Shown here: positions 1 to 11,801 of the stretch, one piece after another
How positions within the stretch are numbered: the stretch's first letter is position 1
How the letters are laid out: the number at the start of each line of letters is the position of its first letter
Source: Elusimicrobiota bacterium
GTDB taxonomy: Bacteria > Elusimicrobiota > Elusimicrobia > F11
Direction of reading: 5' to 3'
Assembly: GCA_044221725.1 (NCBI GenBank)
Contig: JBGAON010000001.1
Coordinates: 544,001-608,000 of the forward strand
Length of the DNA: 64,000 nt
Notes under the pieces: generated by a model
The model's input: only the letters and a program-made list of their open reading frames with translations
Databases searched by the model: none
What the model was told of the DNA's origin: nothing
Made by a program: the position numbers and the translations under genes

Positions 1-1382
1 TTTCCGTGGTTCGATTGTTCACCCAGCAAACAGTTGGACAGCATTTTTGCGACGATCGTTGGTGCGTAATTGTTAAGTGTTTCGAAATACCGATTTGCGG
101 CCTCGCGCCGTTGAGAGGGACTTCCAATCGCCGTTCGATAAGCAGAAAACCCGTGAGATATTGCTTCTTTTATGGCGTGTTCAACCGTTACCGGTGGATT
201 GTGCTTTTGTTTGACCTTTAGGTGATACAGGCGAATTCGTTTTCCGGTTAAAGTGGGAGCTGAACGAACGAGCTCGCGCGGCGATCGCGTGCCCAACGAA
301 GGAAGACGGAATTCTCCTTCGGTGTCCACGGCGAGAACAATTTCACCGGCGGGCGTTCGTGGGAACAATGGGTTTGGTCCCGCGCCTTCCTCGATCAGCG
401 TGGCGGCGAGTTGCGCCGCTGTCGCTGTATTTTCAACCGATGCTTTAAACGAACATAAAAAATCGCGCGGCTCAACGAAGGCACGCAAATAGGACGCGCG
501 GACCCGTCGTGCTTTCGTGGCAATCCTGGGAGCAACAATGGCGTAGGAAATTCTCTTCAGGCGCAGCTTTGAGGCAATAGCCGGTGTGTGAAAACCGCCG
601 GCAATTAAGACGGCGTTGCCATGCACTCTTCTCAAGAGGTTTTCAACCATCTTCTCGCTGCGCGCGTCCGCTTCACGGTAGAAGTTTTCGAACGGTGCGA
701 GGTTAGAAAGGCGGGGGTGTGAGTTCGCTAATTTGCGGTCTTGGTATTCACGCCAATCTTTCGGCGTCAGTATGAAGTTTACGAGTTTGAAAGTGAGACG
801 GTCCGACATCGGAAAAGAAATCGTCGGTAGTTGTTTGCGGGCGGCCAGAAGCGCGTGCACGTTAGCGACATAATGAGCGGCATCATCAACACCGATGAGC
901 GGGGGCGGCGGATTGTCGGAGGCAATCACCGCAACGGACGGAGCTGACAACAAATCGTGTTCAAGGTAATAGTCCAAGACCTTTTTTATGACGGGTTTGT
1001 TCGGAAACGCGCGGAAGCGTTGAACGTCGACCGGACCGAACGCCCCTTCAATGGCGATGCCGTTCACTTGGCGCGTTCGAATCAATTCGAAAAGAATCGA
1101 ACGAATATTCTTTTGTGCGGAGAGATTTTCATGCGTATCTTTAATTAACACAACGGCAGGGGTTTTCGCGCCCGCGTCATAAACTTCACGAACAAAGGCG
1201 TTCTCGCGCGGAATGGCTGAAACAAGTTTCTCGAGGCGAGCAGGAACTGCATTTGCGCCGGTCTTGTTGATTTGTGCGGAAGGATGAGGACCGAGCGCGG
1301 CGATACCAGAATTGCTAATAAAGAACGCAAAGATTGTTAGCAGCGCAACGTGTTTCGTAAGCCGGTGGTTCATTTTGGCCAT
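1..1382 (-). CDS. N-terminal part of a secreted protein running off the left edge (not in the ORF track); EreA/ChaN/TIKI-like motif set
   Basis: Manual translation from ATG 1382 (or 1373) is open to position 1: signal-like N-terminus, then VLIKDTHENLSAQKNI, AIEGAFG, LIGVDDAAHYVAN, FYREADARSEKMVEN, LIAGGFHT. Confidence 0.8.
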   Translation of the reverse strand, partial: MAKMNHRLTKHVALLTIFAFFISNSGIAALGPHPSAQINKTGANAVPARLEKLVSAIPRENAFVREVYDAGAKTPAVVLIKDTHENLSAQKNIRSILFELIRTRQVNGIAIEGAFGPVDVQRFRAFPNKPVIKKVLDYYLEHDLLSAPSVAVIASDNPPPPLIGVDDAAHYVANVHALLAARKQLPTISFPMSDRLTFKLVNFILTPKDWREYQDRKLANSHPRLSNLAPFENFYREADARSEKMVENLLRRVHGNAVLIAGGFHTPAIASKLRLKRISYAIVAPRIATKARRVRASYLRAFVEPRDFLCSFKASVENTATAAQLAATLIEEGAGPNPLFPRTPAGEIVLAVDTEGEFRLPSLGTRSPRELVRSAPTLTGKRIRLYHLKVKQKHNPPVTVEHAIKEAISHGFSAYRTAIGSPSQRREAANRYFETLNNYAPTIVAKMLSNCLLGEQSNHG

Positions 1383-1482
1383 AATAATAAGGAGCAATTA
1401 AGAAACTATTAAGGCCCGGTAACTTTTCTGTAACAAAAACTGCTACACTCCGCGCACTCTAACCCTCGTTTCCCCTCGGAAA

Positions 1483-2595
1483 ATGGCACAAGTAACCTTA
1501 AAAAATATTTGGAAGAAGTACGGTGATTTGGCGGTGGTAAAAGACGTGAGTCTTGTTATCCCCGACAAATCGTTCTACGTATTGGTTGGTCCCTCCGGTT
1601 GCGGCAAGTCCACGACGCTGCGCATGATTGCCGGTCTCGAAGACATCAGTGACGGCGAAATTTACATTGATGATCGTCTCGTGAACGGAGTGCCGCCGAA
1701 AAATCGCGACATCGCGATGGTGTTTCAAAACTACGCGCTCTATCCGCACATGACCGTTTACGAAAACATGGCTTTCGGTTTGAAATTGCGGCGCATGCCA
1801 AAAAGCGAAATCGATGTGCGCGTGAAAGAAGCGGCGGAAATTTTGGGGATTTCTCATTTGTTGGATCGTCGACCGAAGGCGCTTTCTGGCGGTCAGCGCC
1901 AACGCGTGGCCGTTGGTCGCGCGATCGTGCGCAAACCAAAAGTTTTCTTGTTCGATGAACCGCTCTCGAACCTCGACGCAAAGATGCGCGTGCACATGCG
2001 GCTTGAGATCGCAAAGCTTCACAAACGTTTGCAGACAACGATCATTTACGTGACACACGATCAATTGGAAGCCATGACACTCGCCACATCCGTTGCTCTC
2101 ATGAAAGATGGGACCGTGCAACAAGTGGCGCCGCCACTCGAGATTTACAACCAACCGAAGAACAAATTTGTGGCGGGTTTCATTGGAAATCCTCCGATGA
2201 ATTTCTTTGACGTCGATGTTCAAAAGTCTGGAGACGCGCTTCATTTGGCCATCGGAAAGAACGGATCGTCCGGATTTTTGGAAGTAACGAACGGAATTAA
2301 AAAATCGCTCGATCGATATGCGGGCAAGACGATCGTCATGGGAATTCGCTCGGAAGATATTTACGATAAGGTTTATTACCAAGGTAGCGGCAAGGGCCGC
2401 ACCGTTTCTTCGACGGTCGAAGTGGTGGAACCGATGGGCGCGGAAAAATATCTTTATTTGTCGGCGCTCGGAAATTCGGTCGTTATTCGTGTGAGCCCGG
2501 ACAACCAAGCCTACGTAAACCAGAATATCAACGTCGTTTTCCATTTGGAAAACGCGAAATTTTTCGACAAAGAAACAGATTCGGTAATTCAGTAA
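1483..2595 (+). CDS. Sugar ABC transporter ATP-binding protein (MalK/UgpC/MsmX family)
   Basis: Walker A GPSGCGKS, VFQNYALYPHM, LSGGQRQR signature, DEPLSNLDAK, C-terminal TOBE-like region. Confidence 0.95.
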   Translation: MAQVTLKNIWKKYGDLAVVKDVSLVIPDKSFYVLVGPSGCGKSTTLRMIAGLEDISDGEIYIDDRLVNGVPPKNRDIAMVFQNYALYPHMTVYENMAFGLKLRRMPKSEIDVRVKEAAEILGISHLLDRRPKALSGGQRQRVAVGRAIVRKPKVFLFDEPLSNLDAKMRVHMRLEIAKLHKRLQTTIIYVTHDQLEAMTLATSVALMKDGTVQQVAPPLEIYNQPKNKFVAGFIGNPPMNFFDVDVQKSGDALHLAIGKNGSSGFLEVTNGIKKSLDRYAGKTIVMGIRSEDIYDKVYYQGSGKGRTVSSTVEVVEPMGAEKYLYLSALGNSVVIRVSPDNQAYVNQNINVVFHLENAKFFDKETDSVIQ

Positions 2596-2609
2596 ACCAA
2601 GGAGACTTC

Positions 2610-2872
2610 ATGATCATTCGCGTGCGCGTCATCCCCAAATCAACCACCTGGACGGAAATTGCCGGCCGCATCGGATCCACGGTTCGCGTGAAACTTACTT
2701 GCGACGACATTGGCGGACACGCCAACGACGAGTTGAAAGATTTTTTGTCCGAGTTCTTCGATGTGAAAGGCAACTTCGTAAAAATTCTGCGCGGTGAAAA
2801 AGGAAAAGAGAAGACGGTTGAGATTGAAGGCCGTCCCGAAGAAGAGCTTGAAGAAATCATGGAGTCGATTCC

Positions 2873-2876
<4 letters not shown>
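2610..2876 (+). CDS. DUF167/YggU family protein
   Basis: IRVRVIPKS...G.AN.EL..FLS..F.V....V.I.RGEK...K.VEI pattern; RBS AAGGAG upstream. Confidence 0.8.
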
Positions 2877-5650
<2,774 letters not shown>

Positions 5651-5656
5651 TCGCCG

Positions 5657-6118
5657 GTGGCTCCTTTTTTTTCGATCCTGCTCGCCGTCTTTGGCCTTGA
5701 TCTTCTAACGAAGAATTTTATTCGCACAAAACTTCCGCTTGGCGCCGAGATTCCCGTGCTTCCTGTTTTTTCCATTGTGCACGTGCAGAACACGGGCATC
5801 GCGTTCGGTCTTTTCCAAGGATGGAATTACGTTCTCATTGGACTTGGCTTCGTTGTTCTCGGGTTCTTTCTCTATTACGCGTTGCGTCTTCTCAAAGAAG
5901 ACCGATTTACCGCGTTCGTGCTTGCAATGGTGCTCGGCGGTGCGAGCGGGAATCTCATTGATCGCGTCGTTCGAGGGCAAGTGACGGATTTCCTTGATTT
6001 TTATATTGGCGCGCATCATTGGCCTGCGTTCAACGTGGCCGATTCGTCCATCTGCGTGGGCGCGGCGTTGCTTTTGTGGCGCGCCTACCGACAAAAACAT
6101 GTGTCCAATCCTGTTTAA
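5657..6118 (+). CDS. lspA: Lipoprotein signal peptidase II
   Basis: NTGIAFG, GNLIDR, VTDF, WPAFNVADS; follows ileS. Confidence 0.96.
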   Translation: MAPFFSILLAVFGLDLLTKNFIRTKLPLGAEIPVLPVFSIVHVQNTGIAFGLFQGWNYVLIGLGFVVLGFFLYYALRLLKEDRFTAFVLAMVLGGASGNLIDRVVRGQVTDFLDFYIGAHHWPAFNVADSSICVGAALLLWRAYRQKHVSNPV

Positions 6119-6863
6119 TATCGGCCCCATCACACTTCACACGTACGGCCTCATGGTCGCGCTAGGATTTTTGGCAGGGCTTGCCGTTTCAAAAATCCAA
6201 TTTGAACGTTTGAGAATTCCGGTGTCGCTTTTGGATCCGTTGGTATTCCGCCTCATGGTGTTTGGAATTCTTGGCGCACGTATCGTGTATTTTGCGGTGG
6301 ACAATTTTGCAGACCTGCGTGCCGACCCATATTCCTTTTTCCGAATTTGGGAAGGTGGTTTGGTTTTTTACGGCGGAGTGTTGGCCGGAATTGCCACGCT
6401 TGTCATCTTTTCGCGTCGGCACCGTGTACCGCTTTTGTTGCTGACGGACGCGTTTGCAGCACCGCTCTTGTTGTCCCACGCGATCGGACGTCTCGGGTGT
6501 CTGGCCGCCGGTTGTTGCTACGGCAAAGAAACGACGTTGCCCTGGGCCCTTACATTTACAAACCCAGCGTCGTTGGCGCCGCGCTTTCTTGCGCTTCACC
6601 CGACGCAACTATATGAATCGATCGGAAACTTTGTTCTTTTTCTCGGATTGTTCGCGCTGAGCAAGCGACCGCTCAAGAGAGGAACGCTGACGTCGTTGTA
6701 CCTCGTTTCGTACGGCGTGTTTCGCTTCTTCATGGAATTTCTACGCGGCGACGATCGTGGGCTTTATCGGCTTGGTGTTTCGCCGAGCCAGCTTGTGGCT
6801 ATTTTATTAACGGTCGGCGGCGTTTGGTTGTTTGTTCATGCACAAAAAAAAGAATCCTTCTAA
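6099..6863 (+). CDS. lgt: Prolipoprotein diacylglyceryl transferase
   Basis: MCPILFNIGP..LHTYG start, GARIVY, GGLVFYGG, IGRLGC..AGCCYG, HPTQLYES, RF..EFLRGD. Confidence 0.95.
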   Translation: MCPILFNIGPITLHTYGLMVALGFLAGLAVSKIQFERLRIPVSLLDPLVFRLMVFGILGARIVYFAVDNFADLRADPYSFFRIWEGGLVFYGGVLAGIATLVIFSRRHRVPLLLLTDAFAAPLLLSHAIGRLGCLAAGCCYGKETTLPWALTFTNPASLAPRFLALHPTQLYESIGNFVLFLGLFALSKRPLKRGTLTSLYLVSYGVFRFFMEFLRGDDRGLYRLGVSPSQLVAILLTVGGVWLFVHAQKKESF

Positions 6864-7785
6864 CGTCACGATAAAAATCGGCATTGAGGACGAAGGCCGA
6901 CTCGATCGGTTCCTCGCCGCGAAGTTCTCTAACTGGTCTCGCACGGCGCTCCAAAAGCTCATCAATAAACGGTTCGTCACGGTGGACACGCACCCGGTGT
7001 CTCCGCATCATCAATTAAAGCGCGGACAAACGGTCGTGGTAACGTGGCCGAAACAAGAAAAAGCGACGCTTCCAAAAGCCGATATTCCGATTCCGTTCCC
7101 AATTTTGTTTGAAGACGATGAGATGATCGTTATCAACAAGCCGGCTGGCATTGTGGTTCATCCCGCGGCCGGTCATTTGGATGGAAACACGCTCGTCGAA
7201 ATTTTGCGGCCAAAATTTCAGCAAGGGCCGTGGCCCGAAGAAAGCCGCGCCGGCCTCGTGCACCGGTTGGATCGCGATACGAGCGGCGTTATTGTGCTCG
7301 CGAAAAATCCGGAAGCGCATTCGAAACTTTCCAAACAATTCGCGAACCGTTCGACCAAAAAGACCTATTTGGCGCTCGTGCGCGGTGCCATGCCGGTGGA
7401 TGAGGGAACAATTGAATCTCATTTGGCCCGGCATCCGGGAAAGCGGCAGCGCTTCGCTGTATCCTCCGATCGAGGACGGTGGGCCAGCACGAAATTTTTC
7501 GTGCGCGAGCGGTTTGGAAAAACGGCAACGCTCGTGGAGTTGCAGCCGCTAACGGGTCGGACACACCAAATTCGCGTGCATCTCGAAAGTTACGGCCATC
7601 CCATTCTTGGGGATCACGTGTACGGCCAAAAAGATTCCAATTTCGATTTCATCACGCGACATTTATTGCACGCAGCGAAACTAGAGATCCATCATCCGGA
7701 AACAAACGCCGCCATGAAATTCGAAGCGCCGTTGCCGGATGATTTTCAGCACGCACTAAAATTCATACGATCCGAAAATGCATAA
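6838..7785 (+). CDS. rluD: RluA-family 23S rRNA pseudouridine synthase with S4 domain
   Basis: RLDRFLA S4 domain, NKPAGIVVHP, VHRLDRDTSG, TGRTHQIRVH, PILGD..YG. Confidence 0.9.
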   Translation: MHKKKNPSNVTIKIGIEDEGRLDRFLAAKFSNWSRTALQKLINKRFVTVDTHPVSPHHQLKRGQTVVVTWPKQEKATLPKADIPIPFPILFEDDEMIVINKPAGIVVHPAAGHLDGNTLVEILRPKFQQGPWPEESRAGLVHRLDRDTSGVIVLAKNPEAHSKLSKQFANRSTKKTYLALVRGAMPVDEGTIESHLARHPGKRQRFAVSSDRGRWASTKFFVRERFGKTATLVELQPLTGRTHQIRVHLESYGHPILGDHVYGQKDSNFDFITRHLLHAAKLEIHHPETNAAMKFEAPLPDDFQHALKFIRSENA

Positions 7786-8386
7786 GGGCATTCCCGTCGT
7801 TATCTCCGCGCCGTCCGGCGCCGGCAAATCCACGATTGCTGCGGAGGTCGTAAAATCCAATCCACAAACCGTGCTATCCGTTTCGTGCACCACGCGCGCG
7901 CCACGAGCCGGTGAAATAAATGGAAAAGACTATTTCTTCTGTACCGTTGATGAATTTAAAAAAAAGATCGAGCAAGGCGACTTTCTCGAATGGGCCGAAG
8001 TGCACGGATACCGCTATGGAACTCCATTGTCCGCGCTTGAACAGAAATTATCGGAAGGCAAACACGTCATCCTTACGATCGATCCTCAGGGCGCTCTCTC
8101 TGTCAAAGGAATTTATCCGAACGGTATTTTTGTTTTCGTGGTACCGCCGACCTGGGAAGCGTTAGTCAACCGCTTGACGAAGCGGGCCACGGACGACCAA
8201 GCGACGCGCGACAGACGCATTGCGAACGCGCGCAAGGAACTCACGTACTTATCTCATTACGACTACTTGGTTGTGAACGACGATTTGGAAGCGGCGGTGA
8301 AGAACGTTTCGGCCATCATCCAGGCCGAGCAGCTCCGTTTGGCGCGCATCGACAAGAATGCGATCCCGATCTTTAAACATGGTTAA
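7778..8386 (+). CDS. gmk: Guanylate kinase
   Basis: SAPSGAGKST, SCTTRAPRAGEINGKDYFF, FLEWAEVHG..YGT. Confidence 0.96.
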   Translation: MHKGIPVVISAPSGAGKSTIAAEVVKSNPQTVLSVSCTTRAPRAGEINGKDYFFCTVDEFKKKIEQGDFLEWAEVHGYRYGTPLSALEQKLSEGKHVILTIDPQGALSVKGIYPNGIFVFVVPPTWEALVNRLTKRATDDQATRDRRIANARKELTYLSHYDYLVVNDDLEAAVKNVSAIIQAEQLRLARIDKNAIPIFKHG

Positions 8387-8410
8387 GTTTGTGTCGGATA
8401 AGGAGGCTCT

Positions 8411-9454
8411 ATGACCCGTTCTCCATCCCCAAATCGGAGTCGCGTGCGCATGCGGGACGTCGCCGCTCGCTGCGGCGTTTCTATCTCGACTGTTTCCCTT
8501 GTTTTATCCGGCGACGCGCGCATTCCCGAGGATACCGCACGCCAAGTTCTCCAGGCCGTTAAAGCGATGGAATATCGCCCAAGCGTGCTTGCGCGCAGTT
8601 TGGCGCGTCGCACCTCACGAACGATTGCCGTGATACTTCCGGAATTCGCGTTTGAGAAAAACAAACCTTTTTATTACCAAGCGCTGCAGGGAATCCATTC
8701 CCAAACACAACCGGCCGGTTACAAGATGATTGTCGAAGCCGCGAACCGAGTGTTCCTCGCTCGTCGTTATTATCTGCGAATGCTGCGCGAGCAAAGCGCC
8801 GATGGAATGCTGTATGTGGCCGCCTCCGTCAACGATAAATTTTTATCGGAAGTGGAAAAGGAGCCGTATCCCTTTGTGTTGGTGGGGGCTACCGCCGATG
8901 GTGTGGATTTGCCGGTGGCGAAAGCCAACGATGTCGCCGGCGCCAAGATGGCGGTTGAGCACTTGCTGAAATTGGGTCACAAGAAAATTGGCCATATTTC
9001 CGGTTCCCCGGAAATTTCACACGGCCGGGACCGCGCGCGGGGATACAACGATGCGATGAAAGAAGCAGGCATCGCAATCGACCAAAATTGGATTGTGCAA
9101 GGTGATTTCAGTTCCGAGCAAGCCGAAAAGGTGACGGCCAATCTTGTGGATGCCGGGGTCACCGCCATTTTTGCCGGGAGCGATGTGATGGCCTACGGAG
9201 TTCTACGGGCGTTGAAGGCGCTAAAGAAAAACGTGCCGAGCGATGTGGCGGTTGTCGGTATGGATGATTTGGAAACCTCAGACTGGACGAACCCAACACT
9301 AACGACCGTCAGATACGATATCAAGACGATGGCCGAGCTTGGAACCAAGTATGTCATTCGCCGAGCGCAGAGTCCGATTATGCCCAAAAGCATTCTTGAC
9401 GAAGTGCCGCCGCCCGAACTGATCATAAGGGAATCCTGTGGCGCAAAAAAATAA
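8411..9454 (+). CDS. LacI-family transcriptional regulator
   Basis: HTH MRDVAARCGVSISTVSLVL, YRPS..ARSL hinge, sugar-binding domain with PTLTTV. Confidence 0.93.
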   Translation: MTRSPSPNRSRVRMRDVAARCGVSISTVSLVLSGDARIPEDTARQVLQAVKAMEYRPSVLARSLARRTSRTIAVILPEFAFEKNKPFYYQALQGIHSQTQPAGYKMIVEAANRVFLARRYYLRMLREQSADGMLYVAASVNDKFLSEVEKEPYPFVLVGATADGVDLPVAKANDVAGAKMAVEHLLKLGHKKIGHISGSPEISHGRDRARGYNDAMKEAGIAIDQNWIVQGDFSSEQAEKVTANLVDAGVTAIFAGSDVMAYGVLRALKALKKNVPSDVAVVGMDDLETSDWTNPTLTTVRYDIKTMAELGTKYVIRRAQSPIMPKSILDEVPPPELIIRESCGAKK

Positions 9455-11345
9455 CTGGGCGGGAATCGCTCTTTTGTTGGCGACAGCGGGATCCGTTTTC
9501 GCCGCGGGTCCGTCTTTTCCGCTTCCCGATCAAGGCACCGAATTTCCGGTGGACTACAAAAAGTACGGCACGTTTTCCGGCGAAGGCACGAAAGACTTTA
9601 GGTACAAGATTACGGATCGTCCCGGTCTGGGGCGGGCAATGGGAGAAGGTTTGTACCCGAATGGTAACGGTTTGTCGAAGGATCAAAACTTTCTCAAATG
9701 GAAAAAGAAAAATCCCGGGGACTACAACCAGTGGGATTACGTGAATTCCGGCAATCCGCAGAACGATTTTTATATTTGGGCGACCGCGCGCGAAGTGGGA
9801 CCGGGTACCAAGCTTCTTTTTTCCGGCAAAGCATTGGCCGAAGCCGGGCATACCAAGCAGGCGCTTAAAGCGTTTTACGCGGTGCTCATTAATTTCCCGA
9901 AAGAACCGTGCTGGTCAGCGGATCACACGTTTGTTTGGTACGTGGCCAACGAAGCGTTAAACCAAATTGAATTGGTCACGCAGCGGCATCCTGAGGTTGG
10001 GGTCCGACTTGTGGGGGCGCGGTTCAAAGTGAAGAACGGCAACGATACCAATCTCCAGAACGACGAATTTATTATCGCGCCGGGTCGCTGGGAAAAACCG
10101 GTGGTCGGAAAGCCGGTCGATCTAACGGGCCTTAAAGTGATCAATCAGCGCGGCTATGGTAACGTGCATCTCGTTCAATACGAAAACCAGCATTGGCAAC
10201 TGATCGTCGACGGAAAACCGTTCATGATCCATGGCGTTACCTACATGCCGACGCCGATCGGCAAACATCTCTCTGGCTACGGTCTTAAATGGATGTTTGA
10301 AGACGCCGACGAAGACGGCAGTCCCGACGCGCCGTATCAGTCGTGGGTCGACGCCAACAAAAACAATCGACAGGATTCCAATGAACCGGAAGTCGGAGAT
10401 TTTGAACTTCTGCGTCGCATGGGCGCGAACGCAATTCGCATTTACCGCGCCTCCGAAGGAACCGAATACGATGCCGGCGAATTTAACAAGAAACTTTTGC
10501 GTGATCTGCATGATAAGTACGGGATTTCGGTCATCATGGGAGATTTCTTGGGCGCTTACACCATTGGCTCCGGTGCGAACTGGGAGACCGGGACCGACTA
10601 CACCGATCCCGTTCAGTTGGAGCGCATGCGAAACATCATCACCGAGTACGTGAAAGATCATCGGAGCGAGCCGTACGTTCTGATGTGGCTGCTCGGAAAC
10701 GAAAACATGATGCCGTCCGATTACAGCGGTGTGAACGCCACGCGCACAAAGGCGAGCACGCAGGTTCAGGCGTATCTCACGTTCGTGAACGAAATGGCCG
10801 AATTAATTCACCGCTTGGATCCGGAACATCCGGTGGGCGTGGGAAATTTGGAATTGATCAATCTCGACGAGCACAAGAAATACGCGCCCGCCGTCGATAT
10901 TTACGGCGCCAATCTTTACCGTGGCCCACAGGGTTTTGGGACCGTGTGGACGACCGTTCAAGAATCTTATGACCGGCCCGTTTTGATCACCGAATACGGT
11001 GTGGACGCTTGGGACTCCCGCAAAGAAAAAGAAGACCAGAAGGCGCAAGCCGAATATCATCAGGGAAACTGGGAAGATATCGAGTTCCACCGTGCCGGTG
11101 GCCGTGCGGAGGGCAACGCGATTGGCGGCGTCATCTTCGAGTATTCGGACGAGTGGTGGAAAAGCAACAACGGCGGCTGGGACGAACACAGCACCGAGCG
11201 AGATTTCCCCATGGCATTTCAGGATGGCTGGGCCAGCGAAGAGTGGTACGGCTTGATGAGCTTGGGGGACGGCAGCGGCGCACCGCTCATTCGCCAACCG
11301 CGGCAGGTTTATAATTTGTACCGCGACAAACTTTGGAAGCGCTAG
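9438..11345 (+). CDS. Secreted clan GH-A glycoside hydrolase (GH2-like TIM barrel) with N-terminal extension
   Basis: Signal peptide; MGANAIRIY, WLLGNE (acid/base), PVLITEYG (nucleophile), FEYSDEWWK. Confidence 0.75.
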   Translation: MAQKNNWAGIALLLATAGSVFAAGPSFPLPDQGTEFPVDYKKYGTFSGEGTKDFRYKITDRPGLGRAMGEGLYPNGNGLSKDQNFLKWKKKNPGDYNQWDYVNSGNPQNDFYIWATAREVGPGTKLLFSGKALAEAGHTKQALKAFYAVLINFPKEPCWSADHTFVWYVANEALNQIELVTQRHPEVGVRLVGARFKVKNGNDTNLQNDEFIIAPGRWEKPVVGKPVDLTGLKVINQRGYGNVHLVQYENQHWQLIVDGKPFMIHGVTYMPTPIGKHLSGYGLKWMFEDADEDGSPDAPYQSWVDANKNNRQDSNEPEVGDFELLRRMGANAIRIYRASEGTEYDAGEFNKKLLRDLHDKYGISVIMGDFLGAYTIGSGANWETGTDYTDPVQLERMRNIITEYVKDHRSEPYVLMWLLGNENMMPSDYSGVNATRTKASTQVQAYLTFVNEMAELIHRLDPEHPVGVGNLELINLDEHKKYAPAVDIYGANLYRGPQGFGTVWTTVQESYDRPVLITEYGVDAWDSRKEKEDQKAQAEYHQGNWEDIEFHRAGGRAEGNAIGGVIFEYSDEWWKSNNGGWDEHSTERDFPMAFQDGWASEEWYGLMSLGDGSGAPLIRQPRQVYNLYRDKLWKR

Positions 11346-11692
11346 CGAAACTGAATTGCGGTGCCCGAGCTATCGAGCACGAGAAACGGAAGTCCCCATT
11401 GCGATTTTTCACTCATTGACCATTCGCTGGTTTCATCGGGGCGTCGAAAGCGCAGTCCCCAGTTTCCGCCGAAAACAAGCCAGGCCGTGCCGTCGCTCGA
11501 ATCGTCCATACGTTGCGCATACGCGGGCGCGAATGTTCCCGGGTCATCCACGGCTATCACGTCGCACCAGCTCGGATTGCCACCCGAACGGTCGTTAATG
11601 TTCACTTTTGCTACTTCGCGCTTGTCGCCACGGGTTGGAAATACGCGCTCGTCGGCGCCGCAATTTGGATTTTCTTCGACGAAAACATACAT
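11342..11692 (-). CDS. Hypothetical protein
   Basis: 116-aa ATG ORF filling the gap, convergent with the GH gene; protein-like composition; no family recognised. Confidence 0.5.
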   Translation of the reverse strand: MYVFVEENPNCGADERVFPTRGDKREVAKVNINDRSGGNPSWCDVIAVDDPGTFAPAYAQRMDDSSDGTAWLVFGGNWGLRFRRPDETSEWSMSEKSQWGLPFLVLDSSGTAIQFR

Positions 11693-11801
11693 AGTTGCTA
11701 CAATCTACACCATTCAATCTCCCATGGAAATGAATTGATTTTGCCGCAAAATTTATTTGTCGGACGCAGGTCCCTACGAAATCTACGAGTGAGGAAATCC
11801 T

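Noticed and set aside
5994..6098. ORF-track upstream starts for lgt (also proA 50599, yqeK 52397, bioF 61255)
   Set aside because: The extensions overlap upstream genes; family-typical N-termini start at the downstream ATGs.
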